A stretch of DNA of 61,990 bases, counting the filler, from Limisphaerales bacterium (GTDB taxonomy: Bacteria > Verrucomicrobiota > Verrucomicrobiia > Limisphaerales > SIBE01): the NCBI GenBank assembly GCA_044225505.1. It is 7 parts of 7 records of this genome, joined end to end, with 100 filler letters (N's around TTAATTAATTAA, not from the genome) between each part and the next. Parts side by side here need not be neighbours in the genome. Positions count along the whole stretch, not along the records: positions 19,074 to 28,500 come from JBGAIN010000239.1; positions 28,601 to 38,316 come from JBGAIN010000240.1; 5 more parts are not named here. One strand, given 5' to 3'. Positions 20,000 to 29,858 of the stretch are shown here, piece after piece. The position numbers and the translations under genes are program-made. Positions within the stretch are counted from its first letter, which is position 1. Each line of letters opens with the position of its first letter. The notes below the pieces were generated by a model. It saw nothing but the letters and a program-made list of their open reading frames with translations. It searched no databases and was not told the DNA's origin.

Positions 20000-22900
20000 T
20001 TAGGGCTTCAACGTGACCTGAATCCCTTTGACCGGATTGCCATTTGCATCCGCCAGCCGGACCGCACCTTGCCAACCGGCGCTTTCATTCACCACCTTGA
20101 ACACCAACACGTTCAACCCGGCGTTCAGGATGAGGTCCGGCACCAAATCTTCATCCGCCATGAATTCCCGCGATTCCGCAAATCGATGCACCTGTTTTCC
20201 ATTAAGATAGACTTTCGCCTGATCATCGCTCCCCACCAGCATTTGAAGCCCTGTCCGTTCAGTATCTGAATGGATGTAACACACCGCGTAGGCGACACTC
20301 CGGGTGGTTTCGCGTCCCAACAATTCGTTGAAGTCGATTATGAAATCGGCGTCAGCACTCAATGCCACTTCACGCCACGGCAATCTACCTTCGCGGGTCG
20401 ATGCAATCTCTCCCGCCACGGGCCGGAGCCGCGCTTCGCCAATCAGTTGCTCGGCGTCCAGTCCTTCCCGGCCGTTCTGTTCGGGCTGCAACGCGATCGG
20501 CGCGAGCACGAGCCATCGCCCGATGCGCCCTTCCTCTCCGGGAAACGTCGTCCGTCCATTTGCCAGTTGACGGATCGGAGCCTGCTCCGCTTTCTCCACG
20601 GCTTCGATCTCTGCCCACGATGGCGCGCGCCAGAGGTGCAACACGCGGTTCCAATTCATGGCCGCCAGAATATTGCCGTCCGGAGAAAATCCGATGGTGT
20701 TGAAAAGAGACCCCTGACCTTCCAAGTTCAGCACCTGCTCACGGCTTTCCGCGTCCCAGAGTTTGACCGCCTCTTGGCCGTAACTGCCTGTGGCCAGCCG
20801 CTTGTCGTCCGGCGAAAAGGCCGCGGACCAGACTGGTCGAGTGAATTCGTGGATTCTGTCGATCTCCCTTCCGGTGGCTGATTCCAGCAGCCGCACGTCG
20901 CGGGACCAGCCAGCCAGGGCAAGGAGTTTGCCGTCGAAGGAGAAGCAAGCTGCCGCGTACCAGTTCGGATTCAGATTCGTTTCAAGGCGCGAGTTCAGGT
21001 CCGTAAGCGTCGTCACGATCCGTGCGTCTGGATTAAGGATCGAAGTCAGGTAGGAATTGCCATCGGGTGAAAATGCGCCCGTGTACCGTCCAGGGCGGCC
21101 AGGCCAGGACCGCGTCTCCCGACCGCTTTCAAGATCCCATTCGTGCAACGAGTTGTCATCCTGGTAGACGAGCATCAATTTCCTTCCCCCGGCCATGAAC
21201 TCAACCGGGCTGACGTTTTTCGCGCGGGTGGCAAATTCACCGACCTGGACGCTGCGCTGCAAATCCCAGACTTCAAACATTCCACCCGGCCGACTGGCAG
21301 CCATCCAGCGCGCATCGGTCGAGAAGCATATCTGGTCGGCATTCGTGCCTAAGTTGAACAGCGGCTGACGATCCTGAAAATCGACTCCCTGCCATCGCGC
21401 CATGACCGCTTCAGGATCGTGATCTTCCAAAACAACCATGGATTTGCTGTCCGGCGCAAAACGCCAGAGTCCGACGGGCGTTGGAAGAGTCAGTCGCTTG
21501 TGGTCCTTCGGTTTCTTACGCGTATCCCACAGGCGGACCGTGGCATCGCCCGAACCGCTCACCAGCGTGATCTTGTCCGGTAGCAGCGCGAGCGCGCTCA
21601 CAAAGTCCCGGTGACCTCGCAGGAGGTTGATCTCGCGCCCGCCAGCCGGATCGGTCACATCCCATATACGGACGGTCTGGTCGTTGCTGGCCGAGGCCAG
21701 CGTTGTGCCGTCTGGAAAAAAGAGCAACTGGCAGATGCCGGAGCCGTGCCCTGTGAGCCGCCCGAGTTCCCGTCCCGTGGCCACGTCCCACAAGCGGATG
21801 AGCGGATCGACTGGGCCCTCGCCAGAGGCGAGTATTTTCCCGTCGGGTGAGAATGCGAGCGCCAGGATAAAGTCTTCGGTTGCTTTCTCTGATTTCCAGC
21901 GTTGCTCTCCGGTGGCCAGGTCGATGACGCGCACCTGCTTGTCCTCGAACACATGAGCGCCAACGCTGAAATCACCGGCGATGGCGAACGGTGTTCCCTC
22001 GCCCTGTCCCTTGAGCGGCGCAGAAAGGCTGGCGATTTCTTTTCCATCGGGCATACGCCACAAAGTCATCTGGCCAGTGTGATCGCTCCACGATTTGTCC
22101 TGTGTCAATGTCACAAGGATCCGGCCATCCGGTGAGAAGGCCAGGCCGTAGCAAGCGTTGCTCAGTTTCAGCGAAGCCACGATCCGCTGGGTGGTCCCAT
22201 CCCAGAGGTGGACACTGAAGTTGGTGCTGGAGGAGCCAAAAGCGGGGAAATCTGAATACGCCAGGAGCAGTTCTCGCGGAGAAAAGGCCGCGCGAACCAT
22301 CTGCCCGCTCGCTACCAGCTTGGTGATCCGCCGCCGCGTCGCGAGGTCCCAGACTCCCACGCCGGTGTTGCCGGTCGCCACCGCCAGCCATTTGCCGTCG
22401 TGGGAAACTGAGAGTGCCGTCGAACGCCTCCCTTTGCAAAAGACGGACTCAGGGTCGCTACGGCATTGATTCCACAAGTAGCGCCACTCCCAGCCTCGCA
22501 AGTCGGTGGAAGGCGGAGAGACGGGAGTGGGTGGCGTTTCGGGCTGCGGATTTGAGAAACTCGATTTCTTCGCAGGCCGTTGACGATTCAGCAAATCCAG
22601 AGTGCGGCCGAGCTGATTTCTCTCCAAAGCTTGCTGGGCTTGCTTCATGTCCGAGGCGTAGGCCCGGTGCTCCATCTGGCGACGAAGTTGAACCTGCTGT
22701 TTGGCCAGTTCCTCAGCTCGCTGCTTTTCGCGATGGATGTGGAACACCGCGATGGGCGAGCCGATGATGACCACCAGGCACAAGACGGAGATCAGAAAGA
22801 GCGACGCGGCCAATGCCGGCTTGCGCCGGCACCAGCTCAAGAATCTCTCCGCTGTGTTCACAGGCCGGGCGGTGATCGGCTCGCCATTGCGCCAGCGATC

Positions 22901-24004
22901 CAGATCATCCGCCAGCAATTCCGCTGAGCCGTAGCGTCGTTGCGGATCCTTGTTCAGGCATTTCAGACAAATGGTTTCCAGATCGCGGTCGAGTTGCGAT
23001 CTTCGATTTCCCATCTGCATTGGGAAAAACGAAGCGGGGGCAGGGAACCGCTTCCATATCAATGAAGGGGGAATCGGCTCCTCCTCGACCACCTTGCGCA
23101 TCGTCTCAATCGCCGTTTCCGCGCGGAAAGGCGGCTGTCCCGTGAGCAGTTCGTAGAGGATCGCGCCCAGGCTGTAAGTGTCCGCGGCGGTGGTCAACCC
23201 CTTGGTCCGTCCCGCCGCCTGTTCGGGAGACATGTAGGCGGGAGTGCCGAGCACGGCCGTGGTCAGCGTGAGGCTCGAATCATCCTCCGCCAGCTTGGCC
23301 AGGCCGAAGTCCGTGACGTGCGGCTCGCCTTTCCCGTCGATCAGGATGTTCGTGGGCTTGAGATCGCGATGCAGAACACCGCGCTGATGGGCGTGATGGA
23401 CGGCGCGGGCGACTTTGGAAATAACGAAGGCCCAATGCCGAATGTCGTATGAACGACCAGGCTCGAATTCTGAAGAACCGGTCGTTTGCTCAAGGCCGCG
23501 TTTGGATCTCAGTCTTCGTGTTTCCTCGGAATCTGGGCTCTCGGAATTCGTCATGGCCTCCGCCAGCGTCCCGCCCTCGATCAACTTCATGCTGTAGAAA
23601 TGCCGCCCGTCGTGCTCGCCGATTTCGTGGATCGGAACAATGTTCGGATGGTTCAGACGGGCGGAGGCCTCCGCTTCGGTGTGAAAGCGTTGCTTCAAGG
23701 CGGGAGTCGCCAGTTGCCCTTCGAGGATCATCTTGAGCGCAACGGGCCGGTTCAGGCTCACTTGCCGCGCCCGATAGACCACCCCCATGCCGCCGCGGGC
23801 AAGCTCCTCGATCAGTTCGTAGTCACCGAAGTAGCGGACGGGTCGATGGACGCCTGGCGATTGGCGGCTGGTGTTTGTAGATGGCGCGTCCGAATCCATC
23901 CCAACGCCGAAGGCGAGTCCCAGCAAACACGCAGGACAACTCCCGGACGGTCCATCGCCCGAAAGTTGGGCTCCGCATTGCGGACATTTCTTCACCGCTT
24001 CCAC
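20000..24004 (-). CDS. Hanks-type Ser/Thr kinase with Zn-finger, TM helix, WD40 repeats and a C-terminal jelly-roll domain
   Basis: CPQCG..CPACL, ARGGMGVVY, VALK, HRDLKPTN, DFGLAK, GTPAYMSPEQ, DLRGWEWRYL, many WD40 repeats, and GSDDQAKVYLNG..LNAGLNVLVFKV. Confidence 0.93.
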   Translation of the reverse strand: MEAVKKCPQCGAQLSGDGPSGSCPACLLGLAFGVGMDSDAPSTNTSRQSPGVHRPVRYFGDYELIEELARGGMGVVYRARQVSLNRPVALKMILEGQLATPALKQRFHTEAEASARLNHPNIVPIHEIGEHDGRHFYSMKLIEGGTLAEAMTNSESPDSEETRRLRSKRGLEQTTGSSEFEPGRSYDIRHWAFVISKVARAVHHAHQRGVLHRDLKPTNILIDGKGEPHVTDFGLAKLAEDDSSLTLTTAVLGTPAYMSPEQAAGRTKGLTTAADTYSLGAILYELLTGQPPFRAETAIETMRKVVEEEPIPPSLIWKRFPAPASFFPMQMGNRRSQLDRDLETICLKCLNKDPQRRYGSAELLADDLDRWRNGEPITARPVNTAERFLSWCRRKPALAASLFLISVLCLVVIIGSPIAVFHIHREKQRAEELAKQQVQLRRQMEHRAYASDMKQAQQALERNQLGRTLDLLNRQRPAKKSSFSNPQPETPPTPVSPPSTDLRGWEWRYLWNQCRSDPESVFCKGRRSTALSVSHDGKWLAVATGNTGVGVWDLATRRRITKLVASGQMVRAAFSPRELLLAYSDFPAFGSSSTNFSVHLWDGTTQRIVASLKLSNACYGLAFSPDGRILVTLTQDKSWSDHTGQMTLWRMPDGKEIASLSAPLKGQGEGTPFAIAGDFSVGAHVFEDKQVRVIDLATGEQRWKSEKATEDFILALAFSPDGKILASGEGPVDPLIRLWDVATGRELGRLTGHGSGICQLLFFPDGTTLASASNDQTVRIWDVTDPAGGREINLLRGHRDFVSALALLPDKITLVSGSGDATVRLWDTRKKPKDHKRLTLPTPVGLWRFAPDSKSMVVLEDHDPEAVMARWQGVDFQDRQPLFNLGTNADQICFSTDARWMAASRPGGMFEVWDLQRSVQVGEFATRAKNVSPVEFMAGGRKLMLVYQDDNSLHEWDLESGRETRSWPGRPGRYTGAFSPDGNSYLTSILNPDARIVTTLTDLNSRLETNLNPNWYAAACFSFDGKLLALAGWSRDVRLLESATGREIDRIHEFTRPVWSAAFSPDDKRLATGSYGQEAVKLWDAESREQVLNLEGQGSLFNTIGFSPDGNILAAMNWNRVLHLWRAPSWAEIEAVEKAEQAPIRQLANGRTTFPGEEGRIGRWLVLAPIALQPEQNGREGLDAEQLIGEARLRPVAGEIASTREGRLPWREVALSADADFIIDFNELLGRETTRSVAYAVCYIHSDTERTGLQMLVGSDDQAKVYLNGKQVHRFAESREFMADEDLVPDLILNAGLNVLVFKVVNESAGWQGAVRLADANGNPVKGIQVTLKP

Positions 24005-24024
24005 AAGTCAGTGGGTGGAATAAC

Positions 24025-24453
24025 TCAAATCGTTTTGCCAAGAACTTGGATCAACAAAGACATCGTTTGCGACACACTCGCGTCGACGTTATCGGCCAGC
24101 AAGGTGGTACCCGCGGCTGTCCCCTCGCTCTTCCATAACTCTTCACCGCGTGCGACATCGTAACTGCTGAAGAACAGAGTCTCGCTCACGTTGACCAGAT
24201 TGTTGGGCTAGCCATTCTGGATGCGGAATGTGCCAGCACTCGTTCCGTCACTTCTCCACAATTCAGCGCCGCTGTCAGCCAACTGGACTGCGAAGAAGAG
24301 CAATCTGTTGACGCTGACAAATTGTGAAGTCGTCGCGCTTTTCGGGAGGCCATCGACCGTGAGCGTCGTTAGCTGGTCGGCCTGAAGCGCCTGGGATGCA
24401 AGGGCGGACGAGACAGCGACGATCGTCAGTGCCAGGCAATGTCGGCATTTCAT
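24025..24453 (-). pseudogene. ELWxxDGT-repeat protein remnant (in-frame TAG at 24208-24210, then truncated)
   Basis: Signal peptide, GAELWRSDGTSAGT, TAG, then PNNLVNVSETLFFSSYDVARGEELWKSEGTAAGT in the same frame. Only two repeats are present. Confidence 0.75.
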
Positions 24454-24532
24454 ACATTCAAACGCTTGGAGGGAGTTGTTGTTGCTCACTTCTCAGGCCT
24501 TTTCTGAGGCGATGGTTTCTGCAAAAGACAGC

Positions 24533-27500
24533 CTAAGGCAGAGCGACGCGATAAAACCGCGATGAATTCGACGCCGGGAATGTGATCGGGACGCTCACCT
24601 GGCCAATTACATTCGTCACCAGACCGCTCTCGATCCAAGCGCCGAGATGGTCGGCCCCTTCGACATGGTAAACCGCGGGATACGCCTTGAGCGTCAGCTC
24701 GAACTCCGTCGCGCTTGTTTTGCGAAGTGAAAGGCTGGGTTCGGGTGGATAGGTGAAGATGCGAGAGGGATCGCCGTTCGAGATGCCGTTGGGAACAAGG
24801 CGTTCGGGAACGACCACGGTCACAGCTGGGCCGCCATCAGTGGAGATGCTCACGGGTCCAGTGATATCGGGCGCGATGACCAATCGCTTCACCGCGCTGT
24901 TGATCAAGTGGATCTCCCCCAAGAGAGGCGCGCCCTCCGGGAATTGGAGCGATGAGACTGGAACATCGTTCAGGATGAGCGTGGTGAGATCGGGTGTCTG
25001 CTTGACGAACTCGAGTTCAGCCAGGGGGTTTTGGCTGAGGTCAATGGAAGCAAGGCGATCCAGCTTATTCGGCAGGCGCAAGTCGCGGATGCCGTTAGCC
25101 CCCAGGTCGAGGGATGTCACGTTGGGGAAACTGACGAGAAAATCAAAATTCGTGAGCTGATTCCCGGTTAGGTGCAGGTTTGTGACATTGTTCAGTACGG
25201 TGGGCACTTCCAGAGTGCGGAGACCGTTATTATGAATGCTCAAGTAAGTGAGTGCGGGCATGTTGGTGAGAAAGTCGAAGGTCTTCAATCGATTCAATCC
25301 CAGCCAGAGTGTCGTCAGGTTTGGCAGGACCTCAGGTGCGTAAACGCTTCTAAGGCTGCAAGACGAGCCCTCGAGAAACTTCAGTCGAGTTAAGCCTGTG
25401 GGCAACGTCAGGCTCGTTAACGTCGGGCTGTAACTGACATCAAGCTGTTCGAGACGCACCAGTCCGGAAGGGAGGACGAGATCAGCGAACGGATACTCGC
25501 TAATGCTGACTGCAGCCAACTCAGGCAGCCGCGTCAGGAATGAGAAATCTTTGATCGGGTTGCGTCCCAGGCTCAAGCTGGCCAGCCGACGCATATCGGA
25601 CGGCGGGTCGAGCTCCTGCAGCTTGTTTAAGGCGAGTTCCAGCTTCTCGAGGGAAACCAGCCCTGCGGGCAAGGCCAGAGTTGTGAGGTTGTTGATCCGA
25701 AGATTGAGACTCACCAAATTGGTCAGATCATTTGGCAGAACGCATCGGCGAATTTGATTGTAGCCGAGATCGAGGTTGGTCAGTTGCCCGAGGCCCGGTG
25801 GAATGACCACCTCTCGCAACTGCGCGCCCTCTGACGCATCTACGGATCGCAGGTTGGACAGGGTCGGGGGTAATGACAGAGTGCCCAGCGGAACAAAATG
25901 GGCATCCAGTTGCCTCAAGGCGGTGAGATCTCCTGGGAGAGTCAGCTGGGTCAGTTTGGTGCCGGCCAACCGCAAAGTCTCGAGGTTGGTCATCCCTATG
26001 CCCAGTTTGAGCTGCGAGAGAGGTTGAAACGAGAAGCTGATGTCCTTGATACTTCCCATGCCCGTCCCGAAGGTGACGCTACTCAGCGCTGCGCTTCCCA
26101 GCTCGAAAACCGGCAGGCTGGCCATGCCGTCACCCAGAACCAATTGCCGGATCGGGTTGTCGGATAGCGTGAGGGTCTGCAAATTCCTTAAGCCATCAGG
26201 CAGGGTCAATGTCGCAAAGCGATTCCTCTCCAAACTCAGTGTGCGAAGCTGGGCATTAGCCGCCGGCAACGTCAGTGATGTGAGCCGATTGTCATTCAAA
26301 TAGAGTTCCTCCAGTCCCGGTGAGTCTGGAGGCGAAACGAGTGTTGCGATTTGGTTCTGGTCCAAACGGAGCCGCCGGAGCGATGGCATTCTGGCTGGCA
26401 ACTGAAAAGCAGTCAGACGGTTCCCGAACAAGTAGAGAGTCTCCAGTTGAAGAAGATCGGAAGGCGGTTCGAAACTGGTAAGTTGATTGTTGTTCAAGGA
26501 AAGAGTCCGCAAATTTGAAAACTGGCCTACAAAATCGGCGTTGGTCAGCTGCGAACCGGTGATCGACAGGTATTTCAATTCCGGAAGGCGGGCGGGCAGG
26601 GCCAGCCGAGTGAGAGGGCCTGACAAGTCGAGGAATTCCAGTAACGGAGCGGGATCATAGAGAACGAATTGTGCCAGCGGATTCTGACTCGCGGCGAGAA
26701 ACTGCAAACTGACCCAGCTCGAGGGAATCTCGAGGTTCGTCAGGGCATTGTATTGCACGTCTACCAGCTGAACCCTTGGTGCGTTGGTTGGGAAAGATAG
26801 TTGCGAGAGTTGATTGCCGCTCAGGTAGAGTGCGAGCAGCTTGGGCAGGTTTGCTGGGAGTTTTAGATTCACTAGCCCGCCCGACGTAGACAGGTCCAGG
26901 GTGCCATCGGGTGCCGGTGAGAATTGCGAACTGACATCAAGCACCGCGAGTTGTGGCATCTCCGAGGTGAGAGTCAGGTTTGTCAGGAAGTTGCGATCCA
27001 GGAACAGTTCGGCAATGCCAGCGAGCCGGACGTCATCAGCGAACTCGCTAAGCCGATTCTCACCGAGATCAAGCTGCCGAAGGCTGGCGAAACCATCCGG
27101 CATTTGGAAGCGGGTGAGATGATTGCCGCGAAGTCTCAGCGATTCCAACACTGGCAAAGAGCGGGAAAGCACGAAGTTCGTCGCGGAATTCCAACCCAGG
27201 TCGAGCGTGACCAGATTGGTGAGCGGCTCTAAAAATTGAAAATCCGAGAAGGCGTTCCCCGACAGAAAAAGCTCGGAAAGGGTTGAGGCAACGCCCTCGA
27301 GGACGAGTCGATTCCGGCCCTGGCCGGTGATGCCGTTTCCCTCGAGATGCAGCACTTTCAAATTGGGCAAGGAGGCGAAAGGAATGAAACTGCGCACCGT
27401 GTTGCCTGCCAGATCGAGACGCTCCAATTTCGTCAAAGGCTCCTGGAGATAAAAGTCGTTCAAATTATTCCCGCTCAAATCCAGATCGACGAGATTCCGC

Positions 27501-27733
27501 GCCTGCTCCAGTCCGCGCAGGTCTTGCACGCCGCGAAAGGACGCATCCAACACCTTCAAAGTTTCGAGATCCTGAATGCTGATCACCTTGTCCCGCAAAT
27601 CGAGTGCGTCCTCGATGGCAGCGCGGAGGCCAGGATCACGGATCGGCGCAAGTTGCCCGTGGAGTTGCGGAAGGCCAAGGAGCAGAACGCCGAGGAGCAC
27701 GAAACAGGAGAGCTTGGGACGGAGATTGTTCAT
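24533..27733 (-). CDS. Secreted leucine-rich repeat (internalin-like) protein with C-terminal RFYR domain
   Basis: Signal peptide, IRDPGLRAAI cap, dozens of LxxLxLxxNxL repeats, ending YHVEGADHLGAW..SRFYRVALP. Confidence 0.92.
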   Translation of the reverse strand: MNNLRPKLSCFVLLGVLLLGLPQLHGQLAPIRDPGLRAAIEDALDLRDKVISIQDLETLKVLDASFRGVQDLRGLEQARNLVDLDLSGNNLNDFYLQEPLTKLERLDLAGNTVRSFIPFASLPNLKVLHLEGNGITGQGRNRLVLEGVASTLSELFLSGNAFSDFQFLEPLTNLVTLDLGWNSATNFVLSRSLPVLESLRLRGNHLTRFQMPDGFASLRQLDLGENRLSEFADDVRLAGIAELFLDRNFLTNLTLTSEMPQLAVLDVSSQFSPAPDGTLDLSTSGGLVNLKLPANLPKLLALYLSGNQLSQLSFPTNAPRVQLVDVQYNALTNLEIPSSWVSLQFLAASQNPLAQFVLYDPAPLLEFLDLSGPLTRLALPARLPELKYLSITGSQLTNADFVGQFSNLRTLSLNNNQLTSFEPPSDLLQLETLYLFGNRLTAFQLPARMPSLRRLRLDQNQIATLVSPPDSPGLEELYLNDNRLTSLTLPAANAQLRTLSLERNRFATLTLPDGLRNLQTLTLSDNPIRQLVLGDGMASLPVFELGSAALSSVTFGTGMGSIKDISFSFQPLSQLKLGIGMTNLETLRLAGTKLTQLTLPGDLTALRQLDAHFVPLGTLSLPPTLSNLRSVDASEGAQLREVVIPPGLGQLTNLDLGYNQIRRCVLPNDLTNLVSLNLRINNLTTLALPAGLVSLEKLELALNKLQELDPPSDMRRLASLSLGRNPIKDFSFLTRLPELAAVSISEYPFADLVLPSGLVRLEQLDVSYSPTLTSLTLPTGLTRLKFLEGSSCSLRSVYAPEVLPNLTTLWLGLNRLKTFDFLTNMPALTYLSIHNNGLRTLEVPTVLNNVTNLHLTGNQLTNFDFLVSFPNVTSLDLGANGIRDLRLPNKLDRLASIDLSQNPLAELEFVKQTPDLTTLILNDVPVSSLQFPEGAPLLGEIHLINSAVKRLVIAPDITGPVSISTDGGPAVTVVVPERLVPNGISNGDPSRIFTYPPEPSLSLRKTSATEFELTLKAYPAVYHVEGADHLGAWIESGLVTNVIGQVSVPITFPASNSSRFYRVALP

Positions 27734-27930
27734 GGTTCACTTCGAAAATATTTCCCACGGGCCGGCTGTCATTGTTTTAGCAGGGCGGAAAGGTGACTGG
27801 AAATCTTGTTTTTAAGTGCAAAGGATATGTGTTCGCCTGGGTGGGAAAGAATTGCCATCGACGCAGGCGGAGGAATTGCGCGTGGTTCGTTGCCGACACG
27901 GTTGCGAAGTTGCGAAGGTCCATCCTCACC

Positions 27931-28500
27931 TCAAGGGCTGACCGCGCGGTAGAATCGATGCGGCGTATTTGCTGACCCGATGTCCGAAAATTGGATTATC
28001 TCGCGACCAACACCCGGTGGAAAGGATGCCAGCTTCGTCCACGGGCCGGATGTCAGGTCTGGACTGAACTCCACCACTACCGTCCGGTTCGTGGCGGCGG
28101 TAATCTGGAACTCGACGGCCCGATTGGATTGGGCGCGAATACTCGTCGGCACGATATAAGGCACGCCGTCGCCGTGCAGGCGGAAGATGGAGCGGACTCC
28201 CGAGGCTGTGCTGCTGGAAATTAAAAGCTTTTCGTCCGGTTGCAGCACCAGCGCATGGACGCTATAGAGCTGTATACCGCTGACGTAGGTTTCGTCGCGA
28301 CGACCGTCCGTATTCAAGCGCACGAGTTGCGTGAGAGAGTCATTCGCTTTCCCAAACTGAGTCAGGATTATTCTTCCATCACGCTGGATAGCCAGATTTC
28401 CCCAGCCGAGGGCGTCAGTGAAGGGGACAAAATTTGTGTCGAGATGTCCATCGGCATGGAGACGCGCCAATCCGGGTCGGGACATTCCATTCACGCTCGA
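27931..28500 (-). CDS. Delta-60 repeat (beta-propeller) secreted protein, C-terminal fragment with RFYR domain
   Basis: LARLHADGHLDTNF, LAIQRDGRI, LVRLNTDGRRDETY and LVLQPDEKL; ends VEFSPDLTSGPW..HRFYRAVSP. Confidence 0.85.
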   Translation of the reverse strand, partial: SSVNGMSRPGLARLHADGHLDTNFVPFTDALGWGNLAIQRDGRIILTQFGKANDSLTQLVRLNTDGRRDETYVSGIQLYSVHALVLQPDEKLLISSSTASGVRSIFRLHGDGVPYIVPTSIRAQSNRAVEFQITAATNRTVVVEFSPDLTSGPWTKLASFPPGVGREIIQFSDIGSANTPHRFYRAVSP

Positions 28501-28600
28501 NNNNNNNNNNNNNNNNNNNNNNNNNNNNNNNNNNNNNNNNNNNNTTAATTAATTAANNNNNNNNNNNNNNNNNNNNNNNNNNNNNNNNNNNNNNNNNNNN
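28501..28600. other. Artificial contig spacer
   Basis: N44-TTAATTAATTAA-N44. Confidence 0.99.
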
Positions 28601-28830
28601 GGCGGCCATCATGTACGTAGAATTGCCCCCAACCCAGATCGTAACACAAAACCGTTGCTTCTAGATTGAACTTACCGCCAGCGCCGTCCTCAGTTGGAGG
28701 CAATCGATAGAGATCCTCGAAAGATGTGATTTCGCCGGCGGCACCACTGCGCACCTGGGATACATGCAACACCCACCAGGTCAGCATCCAGAACCAGACA
28801 TGCCATGAATAGTTCACGGGCTTGAATACG
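28601..28830 (-). CDS. N-terminal fragment of an exported protein, probably a verrucomicrobial sensor-kinase periplasmic repeat (start uncertain, truncated by contig end)
   Basis: Hydrophobic leader followed by ITSFEDLYRL..FNLEATVLCYDLGWGQFYVHDG, resembling the VT.YD..W..FVQD repeats of PVC sensor kinases. Confidence 0.45.
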
Positions 28831-29225
28831 GTCGTGGTTTGGTGCGGCTTTACCTTGGAATGGGTAGACGCCGGCGCGCTCGAGGCAAAAAGCGTCACGT
28901 CCCGCCAAAAGCAGCAGGCTAGTCGCACAAACCAACACGGACTTGTGAACGACGCGGCAGGCATTGACAACGATGCATCATTCAGAGTCAAACTGACATC
29001 CACTCGCCCGGCGCATCCTGAACGATGAAGGCGCGGTGAGATAAGCAGGAACCATGCAAGGCGCAATCGGCATAGCAGCGGTATGTTCAGAAGGTGTTTC
29101 TGCGGGTTCGAACTCCATGGGGTTGTCTTGATTTCAGACACCTGCGCCTCCTCGCGGGGTTAACGGTAGAATCCAATCTTAGAATTTTGTTGGGGAGGCC
29201 TCCGCAGCACTGCTAAAGTCCGTTG

Positions 29226-29858
29226 GTGGACTTGTTCAGCTCTATCGGTGTCGCTCTGGTTTCGTACCTTTTCGGGTCTATCCCGACAGGGTATGTGGCT
29301 GGACGGCTACGCGGCGTGGATATTCGAACCGCTGGCAGCGGCAATATCGGCGCCACCAACGTGTTCCGGACTTTGGGGAAGACCGCTGGAATCATCGTGT
29401 TGGTCATCGACGCGTTTAAAGGATTTGCCGCATGTCGGTTTGTCCCTCTGTTCTTTGCCGCGAGCCCGTCTGAAAATCTCGAAATCGTCGGTGGGCTGGC
29501 TGCGATACTAGGTCACAACTATACTTGCTGGTTGAAGTTTAAAGGTGGGAAAGGCATCGCGACTTCCGCTGGGGTACTTCTGGGTTGGATGCCTTGGGGG
29601 CTAGCGTTGGTCCTGACCGTGTGGCTGGTCGTCTTTGCCGCAAGTCGCTATGTCTCGTTGGCATCGATTGTCGCGGCGGTGGCCTTACCCGCGGCTGCAT
29701 GGCTCACGACAGGAAGCTTCCGCATGATTCTGATCGGGACGTTGGTAGGAGCGATGGCGGTTTATAAGCACCGGAGCAATATTCGCAGACTGCTCGATGG
29801 GACCGAACATCGATTTGGAACCCGCAAGCCGCCTGCAGCTAACCCTGCGTCACGATGA
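29226..29858 (+). CDS. plsY: Glycerol-3-phosphate acyltransferase
   Basis: YLFGSIPTG, DIRTAGSGNIGATNVFR, GHNY..FKGGKGIAT and KHRSNIRRL. Confidence 0.96.
   Translation: MDLFSSIGVALVSYLFGSIPTGYVAGRLRGVDIRTAGSGNIGATNVFRTLGKTAGIIVLVIDAFKGFAACRFVPLFFAASPSENLEIVGGLAAILGHNYTCWLKFKGGKGIATSAGVLLGWMPWGLALVLTVWLVVFAASRYVSLASIVAAVALPAAAWLTTGSFRMILIGTLVGAMAVYKHRSNIRRLLDGTEHRFGTRKPPAANPASR

Noticed and set aside
19334..24210. Stop-codon reassignment or readthrough to explain two in-frame stops on one contig
   Set aside because: The stops differ (TAA and TAG), and both codons terminate neighbouring intact genes normally.
29100..29120. gcgggttcgaactcc, resembling a tRNA T-loop
   Set aside because: No pairing T-stem or cloverleaf around it.
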